Positions 42,399-55,687 of a stretch of 64,000 nt of DNA are shown here, in pieces. Location: NCBI GenBank assembly GCA_951406725.2, contig OX597840.1:12896001-12960000 (forward strand), written 5' to 3'. The notes beneath the pieces were generated by a model, which saw nothing but the letters and a program-made list of their open reading frames with translations, did not search any database and was not told the DNA's origin. Source of the stretch: Octopus vulgaris (taxonomy: Eukaryota). The position numbers were made by a program, and so were the translations under genes. The stretch's first letter is position 1. Each line of letters opens with the position of its first letter.

Positions 42399-43715
42399 CA
42401 CAGGGGACCAAATTACTTATTTCACAGGGGACCAAATTTGCAATGGTCTGGTTACTGTTTGGTACCCCTGAGTAAGCTGGTAGATTTGCCAGCGAGACCC
42501 TTGAGGGGCAAGAAATTTTGTTCCTCCCCACTTATTGTGAGAGGGGAATAATAAAAGCCTGGGTATGTGGGCTACCCCTGAGCACAGAAGCAGGATGGAT
42601 TGATGATACCGTTTGGCAGGGTTTGGGGGATAGCAGGCCCAGGCTCTTAAATGTGAGAATGACGCCAGCGGTCGACTGGGAGGAGTCAAAAGCAATTTTG
42701 ACCTTATGGACCCCATCGGCAGCAGGCAAAATGGTATTCCTGAACTTCCTAAAAATGACTGGCTGCAGGTATCTGGTGATACTTGAGGGTCGCCTCCCCC
42801 AAGTGTCACTCGTGCCTGGAGCCAGGCCACATTAGGAAGGACTGCCCCCCAGGGCCAAAACATGGCCCCGGCACAGGAAAGTAAGGTGCCCACCCCCCAT
42901 CCCCTGTGGCGGCAGAGACAGTAGAAGTCGTGGAGGAAGTTGCCTCCATGAAGAGAAAAAGAAAGGTGAGCAACAATGGTTGCTCACCAAATAATGTGCA
43001 GGCGGAACAGGAGGCTGAGGGAGATAGTGTCCCCCTGTGCTCGCTGTTGCAGGCCCCTGCCCCCACAGCCTCAAAGAGAAAGAGGAAAAGGGGGAGCAGG
43101 GGACAGTCGGCGGATGGCCCTGCGCCACCTATTGAAGCGCTGGTGGGATGTGTGCAGCCGGTGTGCGAGACTCTGTCAGTGGGAGTTGTGCCACTGACAG
43201 AGCAGACAGAGACCACCCCCTGAAGAGGATGATGATTTTGTCCTCCTTTACCTCGAGTGGGGAGGCCTGTCAATGAATACTTTGGTAGCTTAGGCGACCA
43301 AGAACGGGTGTTCTCGGCATGCTCAAGCAGCCGAAGGTGGCCTCCGCAGGTAACTGCGGAGGTGGTGAGTTATAAATTGTGACACTGTGTGGCACAAATA
43401 TTTGATAAAGGCACTCCACCTTCTTCTTTCTGAACTCCCAGCTGTCAATGTGGTCTGCTCTGCAGGTGGCTAGATATTTGACTGGGTGTCCGGAAGGAGG
43501 AGGAAGGGAAAAGCAGTAGTGTATTTTTGATGTTTGATTGACTTTTAGATTTTTATGTAATAAAAGAACCTGTGATTTCGAAGGGTGTTCGGTCTGTGGG
43601 TGCCAAATACCCTTCCCATTTACATCATTCATATTTGTCATTTTCATCTCATTAATGTATATGTCCAGCCTGCATTGCTTCTCTGTAAGGCCTTCATAGC
43701 CAATTTCATAAAATA
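42399..43715 (+). mobile_element. ORF1(gag-like)-only non-LTR retroelement, Tx1-like, inserted into a SINE A head with 17-bp TSD
   Basis: TSD aagaagcttgcttacca at 42382-42398 and 43716-43732; CCHC knuckle CHSCLEPGHIRKDC at 42804-42845 preceded by EGRLP; A-rich 3' end; no EN/RT recognised. Confidence 0.75.
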
Positions 43716-44194
43716 AAGAAGCTTGCTTACCAACCACATGGTTCCAGGTTCAGTCCCACTGCATGGTACCTTGGGCAAGTGTCTTCTACTATAGCCTCAG
43801 GCCGACCAAAGCCTTGTGCATGGATTTGGTAGACGGAAACTGAAAGAAGCTCATTGTGCATGTGTGTGTGTATGTGTCTGTATGTATTCGTGCATCTGTG
43901 TTTGTCCCCCTACCATCACTTGGCAACCAATGTTAGTATGCTTATGTCCCCGTAACTTAGCGGTTCGGCGAACGAGACTGATAGAATAAGTACTAGGTTT
44001 ACAAAGAATAAGTCCTGGGGTCTGTTTTCTTCAACTAAAGGTAGTGCTCCAGCATGGCCACAGTAAAATGACTGAAACAAATAAAAGAAAAAATATACAG
44101 TACAAGTACTGTTTCTACTTCATGGAGTTTCACCTATAGTGGTGTGGGGTGGGGAGATCTAGAATGTAACACCCGTGATAATCAAAGGATTACT

Positions 44195-44246
<52 letters not shown>

Positions 44247-44386
44247 CATTATTCAGTGGTCTTATTTTTATCACGTGCTTTCACTGCACTATTGAGCACT
44301 GCTCTGTGTGCCTTGGGTATGTGCTGTGGTTTGTTGTAGTGATTTTATTTTCACCGCAATGAAAAGGCTTTATGTAGGATTATCAT

Positions 44387-44466
<80 letters not shown>

Positions 44467-44515
44467 CTGCTGCTACTACTACTACTACTACTACAACTAC
44501 AACTACTACTACTAC

Positions 44516-44554
<39 letters not shown>

Positions 44555-44561
<7 letters not shown>

Positions 44562-44909
44562 TAGTTTTATTTTTATAGCGTGCTTTCACTTCACTACTGA
44601 GCGCAGCTCTGTGTGCCTTGGGTATGTGCTGTGATTTGTTGTGATGCTCTGATGGTTATTGTATGGAAAGTGTTCTGCGTAGGATGTGTGCAGTGCCTAG
44701 TAGTGCAATTTTCTGTATGTTATATGTGTTTGTAAGTCCTGGTGTTTTTGTTATGTATTTGTCTGAATATTTTTTTATCATGCCTAATGCACCTACTATG
44801 ATAGGAATTGTTTCTGTTTTCAGATTCCACATTCTAGTTACCTCTATTTCCAGGTCTTTGTATTTTGAGAGTTTCTCCATTTCTTTTAGAGACACGTTGT
44901 CATCAGCCG

Positions 44910-44910
<1 letters not shown>
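44555..44910 (-). mobile_element. R4/Dong-like LINE 3' fragment inserted in (TAA)n
   Basis: KEMEKLSKYKDLEIEVTRMWNLKTETIPIIVGALG...IQKIALLGTAHILRRTL; TTA tracts on both sides; second 3' UTR copy at ~44250-44380. Confidence 0.85.
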
Positions 44911-44947
<37 letters not shown>

Positions 44948-45274
44948 TTTGAGGTGGCAAGCTGACAGAATCATTAGCATGCTGGACAAAATGCTTAGTG
45001 GTATTTTGTCTGTCTTAATGTTCTGAGTTCAACTTCTGCTGGGGTCGACTTTGCCTTTCGTTCTTTCAAGATCAATAAATTAAATACCAGTGAAACCTCC
45101 AGCATTGACAAGAAGATTCAGCAAGCATGGTTCACCATTACCATCTCTCAGATCACTGTTCTTTGATCTTCTTCAGTGCACATTGCTAGTGGAGTGGTCA
45201 TGCTTACACTGTAAAGCCAGAAAGAAAAATGGTGCAATGAGACCCAAACTTCGATCACATGACCACAATAGTAC

Positions 45275-45500
45275 CTATTTCTTTACTGCCCACAAGGAGT
45301 GACACACAGAGGGGACAAACAAGAACAGACAAACGGGTTGAGTCGATTATATTGACCCCAGTGTGTAACTGGTACTTATTTAATCGACCCCAAAAGGATG
45401 AAAGGCAAAGTCGACCTAGGCGGAATTTGAACTCAGAACGTAACGGCAGACGAAATACAGCTAAGCATTTTGCCCGGCATGCTAACGCTTCTGCCAGCTT
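45275..45500 (-). mobile_element. SINE family B
   Basis: Family match. Confidence 0.85.
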
Positions 45501-45671
45501 GCATGTGTAGAAGGCAGTGCGACAATAATAAAGATATGTTATGACGAAAGTGCAGATAATTTTTGACTTCCCTTCATATTATTTTCTTGTCCTTGAAACA
45601 AAACACATTCAATGCTTCCAAAACAATGAAAGTTTGTTTGCAATGTGTCGTTGTTGCATTCCAAAAATACT

Positions 45672-45889
45672 CTTTACTCTTTTACTCTCTTTTACTTGTT
45701 TCAGTCATTTGACTGCGGCCATGCTGGAGCACCGCCTTTAGTCGAGCAACTCGACCCCGGGACTTATTCTTTTTGTAAGCCCAGTACTTATTCTATCAGT
45801 CTCTTTTTGCCGAACCGCTAAGTGACGGGGACGTAAACACACCAGCATCGGTTGTCAAGCAATGCTAGGGGAACAAACACAGTACCCAA

Positions 45890-45942
<53 letters not shown>

Positions 45943-46102
45943 TACGACAGGCTTCTTTCAGTTTCCGTCTACCAAATCCACTCACAAGGCATTGGTCGGC
46001 CCGGAGCTATAGCAGAAGACACTTGCCCAAGATGCCACGCAGTGGGACTGAACCCGGAACCATGTGGTTGGTTAGCAAGCTACTTACCACACAGCCACTC
46101 CT
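45672..46102 (-). mobile_element. SINE family A, full length
   Basis: Family match with (ttttactc)n tail. Confidence 0.9.
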
Positions 46103-46970
46103 TAATTTGATGGAGATCATTGTCCTGCTCACTGACAACAATCTCCATTGAATTAAATGGTTTGTTTAGCTAAATAGTAAAGTACTCAGCTGATATCTGA
46201 AGGGTGCAGATTCAAGTCCTGTGACTGTCTGCTGACAACTTTTTCTGTCTTACAAGGGTAGTAACACCCAATCTTTCCGCTGTTTTCATGGCTATACTGC
46301 ATTTGAAATGTTACTTTCTTGTCTGTTTAATATGAAACACATTCAACGCTTCCAAAACCAAAAGAAAATTTGTTTACAATGTGTTGTTGTTGCAATTAAA
46401 ATAATGCTTTGATGGGAGCTTTTGATTTCAATTTCCACCCCTTCCATGATGATGCTTGTATCACAGAACCAATGAGTGGTCTCGGACTGGTTAGTATAAA
46501 AAGAGTTAAACACTCTACAACAAACATTTTTATCTTCTGCACTGAATAAATCCATTTTTCCCAGATTCACACAGCTTGCCTTTTCATTGATTGGTTTCTG
46601 TATTCACTAAATAAACTTATATTGAACAAATATTTGATTGAAAACACTAAAATAATCAATCGGCTATTTCTTTTGTAGGATATCGTCAAAGCTGAAGGAA
46701 GACTGCTGGACATTCATTACCAGTTGATCAACCTGCTTTCAGCATTCTTCCCATTTCATGTCAAGGTCACTATTTTCACTACATCTGATATTACATCTAA
46801 CCAGATTCTCATTAACTTGGGGAAATAGCTGATTCTTGGGGGCTTTTCTCTTTTTTTTTTTTTTGGCATTGCAATTTCCTCTCCAGTTTGATAAGAAATT
46901 TGTGCTGCTTTTTTTTTTGTGAAATATTACATGAACATGTCTGCTGTTTCCACATTTCTGGATTGCTACA

Positions 46971-47103
<133 letters not shown>

Positions 47104-47125
47104 CAACAACAACAACAACAACAAA

Positions 47126-47160
<35 letters not shown>

Positions 47161-47182
47161 CAACAACAACAACAACAACAAA

Positions 47183-47277
<95 letters not shown>

Positions 47278-47635
47278 AAAAATAATAATAATAGTTGCCC
47301 TGGTGCAGTAATAGGCAGTGGCTCTCGTGGCTTCTGATCTTAACTGATTGGAAGTGTTATCATGTACATTGTTTTGTCTTGGTATAAAAGATGGACTGCA
47401 GCAAATATTCTGCTCAATACCACAGACTTGCTTGTCAGCTGTTTGACCTTAACCAGTTGACCATGCCCCTTAGTGGCTGACGATATTTATGCATATCTAC
47501 ACACACACACACACGCACAATGCACACACACACACACACACACATAGAGGCACATGTGTGGATATATATATACATACAACATATATATGACAGGCTTATA
47601 TCTCTTTATCTCTCTCTCTCAATTTATATATATAA

Positions 47636-48130
47636 GTAAATAAATGGAGTTGAACGCAGATGTTATTCAAATTCTTTTACTTTCGACATATGTTTCGAAG
47701 ACAACATTGGTTTTATTCCAAAAGAATAAACGGTGTAAAATAGTATAATCTTCTCATCAGGAAAGAAAGAGAACCTATCTCAACAACAAGATATTATAAC
47801 AATTTTGATGACAGCATAAATGATAAACAGAACGCTATTAAGTATTTTAAAAAAACGTTAGTAGATTCGACGTCAAAGGCAGACCCTAGGAAGAGAAGGG
47901 GATTGCACTATAAGTGTGTTAACAAAGTGATTCTTAGAGAAGAGAATTTGGAAGAGTTCAGAGTTGCAAATGTTACAAAATCCTTTGCTCTTGTCATAGG
48001 GGAAAGAGATGGACAGGATGAACCAATCTAACTTAAAATCCTTATTGTTGTCTTTAAGATACCAAGCCAATTTACTTAGCCCTGTGTTATAACGTTTACT
48101 GCTATCCCTAAATGAAGGGCTAAACAAATT
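47636..48130 (-). mobile_element. Penelope-like element 3' end: GIY-YIG fragment plus hammerhead-bearing terminus
   Basis: ORF 47873-48127 SFRD..KRYNTGLSKLAWYLK.....F.LDW.IL....PYD.....CNICNSELFQIL; ribozyme ~110 nt downstream. Confidence 0.85.
47680..47765 (-). ncRNA. Type I hammerhead ribozyme
   Basis: Minus strand CTTTC-CTGATGA-GAAGA...TCTTC-GAAA-CATATG-TC^GAAAG; all core positions and stems intact. Confidence 0.9.
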
Positions 48131-48384
48131 ACAAAATTTGACAATGGTGTTGTCAATAGGATTCCATGCAGATAAGGCATGTTTGATGGTTTGGACAGTT
48201 TGCTCTGCTTGTCCATTTCAACGTATGAGCAAAATGTATGAAAAGAGGATATGAGAAGGGGTAACAACATCAACCGTAATCCTGTAGCAATGGAATCAAC
48301 TGTGTGTCGTCCCTGTTTATTTTAATTGCAAATATATATATAAGAAAAAATACAGCCAAGTCCACATAAAATTCATAATACTGC

Positions 48385-48720
48385 TGAGATCCCCTTCGGT
48401 CATGACTGACCGTGGGATTGCACCTAGAAAGTTACCCACCGAGGCACAAGTCCAGGCAAGGTTGTTTATGGAAGACCAGCAGTCGCCCATGCATACCAGC
48501 TGCCCCTCTCCACACCACTGATGTTATCCAAGGGAAAGGCAAAGGGGCCGATACAGCTTGGCACCTGTGACATCGCAACTCATTTCTACAGCGGAGTGAA
48601 CTGGAGCAACGTGAAATAAAGTGTCTTGCTCAAGAACACAACATGCAGCCCGCTCCGGGAATCGAACTCTCAACTTCACGATTGTCAGCTCGATGCTCTA
48701 ACTATGAGCCATGCACCTTC
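48385..48720 (-). mobile_element. tRNA-derived SINE family C (CORE-like gtgttcttgagcaagacacttt)
   Basis: Head ggtgcatggctc...gagttcgattccc in reverse; related copies at 49200-49535, 50040-50180, 56770-56935 and 60575-60822. Confidence 0.8.
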
Positions 48721-49199
48721 ACAAAATTCATGATAAGTAGATGTATATATGCTCTTAATGCTAAGGGGCAATATGTATTTATGTATGTATGTATATGTGT
48801 GTGTATATGTGCATATGTATGTATATGTGCATGTCTGTGTGTGTGTATTTCTGTATGTGTGAATGTATATGTGTATGTGTATGTATGTACATGTATATAT
48901 GTATATGTATGTATGTATATGTGTATGCATGTATATGAGTGTATGTATATATGTGTGTGTATATGTGTACATATGTATATATACATGTGTATTTGTATGT
49001 GTTTATATATGTGTCAATGTATGTGTATGTGTATATGAATAACCAGCCAAAGCTGCAAAGATGATCTGGAACTCAACTGACGAAAGAACTCCGAATGACC
49101 CGTCCTTGTTTTTTCTTGTCCCTTTTTGTATCATCTAACTGCCTGTTACGTTTTTGTCCCATTTTTTGTATTCTTTTATATGTTTATCTATATAGAGAA

Positions 49200-49531
49200 G
49201 AACCCCTTCAGTGATGAGTGACCATGGGATTGCACCTAGAAAGTTCCCCTCCCAGGCACAAGGCCAGGCAAGGTTGTTTATGGAAGACCAGCAGTCACCC
49301 ATGCATATCAGTCTCCCCTCTTCACACCACCGATGTTATCCAAGGGAAGGGCAAAGGGGCCGATATAGCTTGGCACCTGTGACATCACAAGTCATTTCTA
49401 CAGCTGAGTGAACTGGAGCAACGTGAAATAAAGTGTCTTGCTCAAGAACACAACACACAGCCTGGTCTGGGAATTGAACTCACAACTTCACAATCGGAAG
49501 ATTGACACTCTAACCACTGAGCCATGTGCTT

Positions 49532-49535
<4 letters not shown>
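49200..49535 (-). mobile_element. SINE family C
   Basis: Similar to 48385-48720. Confidence 0.8.
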
Positions 49536-49568
<33 letters not shown>

Positions 49569-49620
49569 GCACACATATACATACATATACAACCATCTAC
49601 CCACCCACCACCACAGAATT

Positions 49621-49671
<51 letters not shown>

Positions 49672-50260
49672 CTGTGTTTCAGTGATTACACTGCAGCCAT
49701 ACTGGGGAATAGCCTGCTACCTATTCTATTGGTTTGTTTTGCCCAACTGCTAAGTTATGGGGATGTAAACAAACCAACATCAGTTGTTAAGTGGTGGTGG
49801 TGGTGGAGGGGACATACACAAACAAAGACATCCCCCCAACACACATATACAACAGGCGTCTTTTAGTTTCCACTTACCATATGCATTTGCAAGGCTTTTG
49901 TTAACCTGGAGCTCCAGTAGAAGACACCCAAGGTGCCATGCAGTTGGATTGAACCCAAAACCATGTGGTTTTTCAAATTCTGTGGTGTATGTATTGCGCC
50001 CTGGACAGGGGACCGGTCCATCACAGGATTACATACATTTATACCAGTTGAGTGAACTGGAGCAGCATGAAATGCAGATTTTTGCTCAAGAACACAACGT
50101 ATCAACCAGTCCAGAAATTGAAACCACAATCTTACAATCATGAGTCCAACACCTTAACCACTAAGCCACGTGCCTCCACAGAGATGGATAACACTTTGTA
50201 TTATTTTTTTGTATTATTCAAAATGTATGTGTGTGTGTGTATGTATAACAGTGTGTAATG

Positions 50261-50310
<50 letters not shown>

Positions 50311-50482
50311 CATACACACAAATATATATACAGAAGTGGCTGTGTGGTAAGTAGCTTGCCAAAACCACTTGGTTCTGGGTTCAGTCCCAATCCGTGGCAC
50401 CTTGGGTAAGTGTCTTCTACTATAGCCTCGGGCTGACCAAAGCCTTGAGAGTGGATTTGATAGACGGAAACTGAAAGAAGCC

Positions 50483-50519
<37 letters not shown>

Positions 50520-50522
<3 letters not shown>

Positions 50523-51020
50523 CTGAGTGTATTTTTACCTTGTTAACAATTAACATGGAAAAAATAAATAAATAGTTACCAGGGTAGCAAAAATCTCACA
50601 AGTAAAGATGTTGTAACTCCTTGTTTATAAAGGTAGAAACTTCGTGTTTACGTGGAATATTTTGAATAATATATGAATAAATAAATGGAGTTTAATGCAG
50701 GTGTAAATCAAATATTTTTACTTTCGACACATGTTTCGAAAATTCCACTGATACTATTCAAAAGAATAAATGGTATAAACAATGCAATCTTCTCTTCAGG
50801 AAAGTGAAAAAACGAAACTCGTCAATAAGACATTTAGCAAAAAATGATGGATTTGTATAGCGATTGACAGAACGCTATTAATATTGTTTAAAAAAACGTT
50901 ATATGATATAACGTCATAAGCAGCTAACAGAAAGAGTAGGGATATTAATAGTGAATGTTAAATATAAAGGAAATTTAAGTTTAAATTATATATAATGATA
51001 GAGACTACTTATATGCACTA
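50520..51020 (-). mobile_element. Non-coding Penelope-like terminus inserted in the TA tract of a SINE A
   Basis: 50680-50920 is homologous to 47640-47870; SINE halves at 50333-50490 and 51030-51255. Confidence 0.75.
50721..50804 (-). ncRNA. Type I hammerhead ribozyme
   Basis: Minus strand CTTTC-CTGAAGA-GAAGA...TTTTC-GAAA-CATGTG-TC^GAAAG. Confidence 0.85.
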
Positions 51021-51310
51021 AATGTATATATGTATGTATGTATATGTTTGTGTGTCTCTGTTTGTCCCCCCCCCCCCAACATTGCTTGACAACTGATGCT
51101 GGTGTGTTTACGTCCCCGTAACTTAGCGGATCGGCTTAAGATACTGATAGAATAAGTACTAGGCTTACAAAGAATAAGTCCTGGGGTCGATTTGCTCGAC
51201 TAAAGACAGTGCTCCAGCATGGCCGCAGTCAAATGACTGAAACAAATAAAAGAGTATACATATATGTGTGTATGTGCATGTATTTGTGTGTGTGTGTGTG
51301 TGTATTCATT

Positions 51311-51349
<39 letters not shown>

Positions 51350-51452
51350 GCATAAATATATAAATGTATGCGTGTATATATATATATACATATGTGTGTG
51401 TGTATATATATGCATATATATGTAAATGTATGTATACATATATATATATGCA

Positions 51453-51499
<47 letters not shown>

Positions 51500-52180
51500 G
51501 CGCACACATGCACGTACACATACACACATTGCTCTCACACTATAGCAATTAAAGACTACATCAATATTCGTTAGTGCTATTACTATACTTAATTGGATGT
51601 TTTTATCTCAAAGATTATATTTGGCAAGACTTAATTAGAAATTCTCGATCAGTTTTTCCTTTAACAATTAACTTATCAAGGTACAACGTTACTTCGTTAT
51701 TTTAGCTTAACGATAGAGCTTGAAAAGAATTTACCAAGATTAACGATGGATAAACATAAATCCAGACTGTTGTTGTTGTAGTTGTTATTGTTTTAGTTGT
51801 TGTTACTGCTGTGGTTGTTGTTGCTGTTGTTGTTGTGGTTGTACTTACATTTATATTTACACTAATTATTCTGTAATGGAAACTTATCGAGCCACTTACA
51901 CATACATACATATATATACATACATGCATACATACATACACACATACATACATACATACATACATACATACATACATACATACATACATACATACATGCA
52001 TGCATACATACATACATACATACATACACATACATACATACATACATACATACATACATACATACATACATACATACTCACACATACATTCATACATACA
52101 TACATACATACCCATTTACAAATATACTTGTATATTGTAATGTTTCAAGTTGTGCCTATCCTGTTGTAGTAGAAAACCTA

Positions 52181-52226
<46 letters not shown>

Positions 52227-52352
52227 AATATTTACACACACATACATATATACGTATATGTGTGTATCTTTATGTATATATATATATTTAATCAGCAGGC
52301 ATTACTTTGTGATTTCTGCTGGTTATGTATGTATATATACATATATATATAT

Positions 52353-52445
<93 letters not shown>

Positions 52446-52464
52446 TACGTATATACACACACCT

Positions 52465-52595
52465 AAATTTATAAACAAGGGTACAAAACGGTACCAGCAT
52501 TGCTAGAAACAAGAGTCAAAAGATGACTCAAAATATCCGCAAAAAGCACTTATTGAGCAATGCTGGGGCTATTTTGTACCCTTGTTTATATATTT
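52465..52595. repeat. Fold-back hairpin with ~40-bp arms between TA tracts
   Basis: ataaacaagggtacaaaa...ccagcattgct / agcaatgctgg...ttttgtacccttgtttat. Confidence 0.75.
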
Positions 52596-52628
52596 GCTAG
52601 TAGGTTTGATTTTGCTAATAGGCCACCT

Positions 52629-52720
<92 letters not shown>

Positions 52721-52834
52721 CATACATATATACATGCATACATACATATCTATATATATATACACATATATACATACATATATACATGCTTGCATATATA
52801 TATATATATATATATACATACATACATACATACA

Positions 52835-52870
<36 letters not shown>

Positions 52871-52925
52871 CATACATGAATGCATGTATGTATATACATA
52901 TGTGCATGTATATATACTCACAAGT

Positions 52926-52988
<63 letters not shown>

Positions 52989-53002
52989 CTGAGACAGATG
53001 TA

Positions 53003-54209
53003 CACAGACATGACAGAAGTAAATAGACTCCATATAAAACCTTGTTTTATGCTTATTCTACCTTATAAAGGTATATATTTTTTATTAATTAACATTTTTA
53101 TGTCTCAGGTTCTATATGTGGCTGTTTAATCATGCCATGTATGAAAGAAGCCTTGGAAAGAGGCCCTATTGTGTGGGTCCTTCTGAAAGAGGACCTGGTC
53201 AGTGTAACATTGCAGAAAACCCTGGGATCCCACGTTCTATAGTTGATAGAGTGATTGTGCAATTCGCCAGAGGGAAGGTGTCTACATGACCTCACCCAGA
53301 TCAACCAGGGCCCTCTAATAGGACCCTTCTCTTTTCTAAGAGAAGTGTGGAGGATAATCCTCATTGCAAGGCCTCTAACACAGCAGAACAAGTTGATATC
53401 AGTCCCAGAACAGCAGTGAGGTGTCTCCACAAGCTTGGTTACTATGGCAGAGCAGCAAGAAGAGAGTCATTTCTTTGACCAGCCCAAATCAAGCAGAGAA
53501 AAGAGTGGGCCAGTGAGATGGTGGAGAGGCCACTAATATTTTGGGACACTGTCATATTCTCTCATGAATCCAAATTTGCAGTATTTCCTTACAGTGGCCG
53601 AGTGTGGGTCTGGAGATTCTGTGATCAAGAATTTGATGTCAAAAGATTGCAGCCAGCAATGATACATAGCAGCTATTCTGGTCTGGGGAGCAATTTGAAG
53701 CAATGATTAATCATAGCTGGTGGGTTGTGAGGGAAACATAAACTCAGATAAAGGACTCCTTCCAATCTTCTCCAGTGGTGAAATAGTTAAAGAAGAATCT
53801 TTATTTATGGAAGATGGGGCACCTTGTCACACAGCTAAAATAACCCAAGATATGTTGGATGAAAATGGCATTAAAAAGCTTCCATGGCCAAGCCAGTCAT
53901 CAGATATGAACCCTATTGAATACCTCTGGGGTATAATTGAAAGGGCATTTCATAAAAATAACAAGAAAACATCTTCAAAGCCAGATCTTTTGAGATTACT
54001 GCATGAAACTTGGCAAGAAATTTCTCAAGAGAATATTCGTCATCTGATCAATAACATATCTAATAGAGTCCTTGCATTGAAAAATGCAAAGGGCATGTCT
54101 TCTAAATACCCACATTATAACAATTAATTGATAATTTGAATGTATAATTTCAAATTTAAATAAATTTTAACAATTATAAGGTTGTCTATTTACTTCTGTT
54201 ATGTCTGTG
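53003..54209 (+). mobile_element. Tc1 (DD34E) transposon with both TIRs, decayed transposase
   Basis: TIR cacagacatRacagaagtaaatagac with TA flanks; VIFSHESKF and EDGAPCH...WPSQSSDMNPIE (34 aa between D and E). Confidence 0.9.
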
Positions 54210-54237
54210 TATATATATATATTCATATATATATTCA

Positions 54238-54748
54238 TATTATCGGTGAGCCGGGCGACGTGTCCAGCCCATCTAAACTTGCTGTGATGACATCCCTCAC
54301 GCCAGACTTCTTTTTGATGATCTCACTACTGATGTTCTCTCTCAACATGATACCAAGCATTGACCTTTCCATGGCTCTTTGAGCTGTTACCAGTCTCTGC
54401 TCTTCTCTCTTTATTGTAGCCCATGTTTCACTTCAATACAACATTGCAGGTAGAACTGTACTGTTGATGAGGTTGGCACGGGTGGTCCTGTCCAACCTTC
54501 CCTTGAGCACATCCCTTATGCCATTGAACGCTAAAAAAGTCTGTGATAGATGTAGGGCCTCATGAAGGCAAAGTGGCAGAAACGATCACCCGGAAGGCCT
54601 CCACGATGGTGGAGTTACGATTTCAGGAGGATGATTGGGATCACGTGGATGAGAAAGGCGCGATCCAGAGAGGAGTGGCCAGCATGCTGTGACCAATGGT
54701 GTCAAATGGACGCCTGATGGACTGGTCAGTCAAGGTGATCAAGGTGAT
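54238..54748. mobile_element. 5'-inverted RTE LINE insertion
   Basis: Minus 54530->54240 encodes NSTVLPAMLY..ETW...KFRWAGHVARLTDN; plus 54545-54748 continues KRSPGRPPRWW... and ends (caaggtgat)2. Confidence 0.75.
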
Positions 54749-54756
54749 GTATATTC

Positions 54757-54788
<32 letters not shown>

Positions 54789-54796
54789 CATATAAC

Positions 54797-55270
54797 ATCA
54801 TCGTTATCATCATCATCATTTAACGTCTATTGTCCATGCTGGCATGGGTTGGATGGTTTGACTGGGCTGGCATGCTGGAAGGCTGCACCAGGATCCAGTC
54901 TGATTTGGCATGGTTTTCTACGGCTGGATGCCCTTCCTAGTGGCAACCACTCTGAGAGTGTAATGGATGCTTTTACATCCCACTGGCACAGGTGCCATTT
55001 GCACGACACCAGTATCTGCCATGACTGCGATTTTGCTCGTCTTGATACATCTTCCCCTCAAACACAACATAATGCCAAAGGTCTTGCTCATTGCCTGTGA
55101 GGCCCAATGCTCGAAAGGAACTCGGCCAGCTCACCTCCATGAGTCCTGTTCAAAAGGAACTCAGTCACCTTGCTTTTGTGAGGCCCAACACTGGAAAGGA
55201 ACTCAGCCACTTTGCCACCATGAGGATCAACGCTCAACAGGAACCTAGCCACTTTGCTTCATGAGGCCCT
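54797..55270 (-). mobile_element. RTE-related (GAT)n-tailed element with ~41-bp internal tandem repeats
   Basis: Family 3' end in reverse; repeated tgaggcccaa...aaggaactcagccactttgc. Confidence 0.7.
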
Positions 55271-55687
55271 ACATCTATCACGGACTTTTTAGCAGCTGAT
55301 GTATGTTTACGTTCGCTATCATGTACTTTATCTCTTGAGGTGCGTGCACTCACCGTCCCATGCATTATCTTAGCTATTTTAGGTTACGTTCAAGTCATGA
55401 GACTAGCAGTAGACCAATGACATGTGGATACTTTACATGCTTAATACTGTGTTTTGAGTTGTACCACATGCAAACTATTTTTTGAACCTGAGCAGAATAA
55501 CTTGTGCATATCATATTATGATAAGTAGCTTCACATAGTTCGTTTTCATAAACCGGAAGACGTAAATGTACGATGCTTGTGTTATTGTAACGGTGAACGT
55601 AAATAGATGTGAGCTCGTTGGCACTTGTGTGGCCTCATTAGATAAAAAAATAAAAACCGAAGCAGTGTCTCGCATGCTTCAGGTAAT

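Noticed and set aside
46679-46830. Possible exon after ttttgtag (DIVKAEGRLLDIHY...)
   Set aside because: No recognisable homology or clear donor; cannot be supported without transcripts
49075-49110. CTGACGA...GAATGACCCGTC motif (relative at ~27048-27085)
   Set aside because: Lacks GAAA and a consistent stem I/II register
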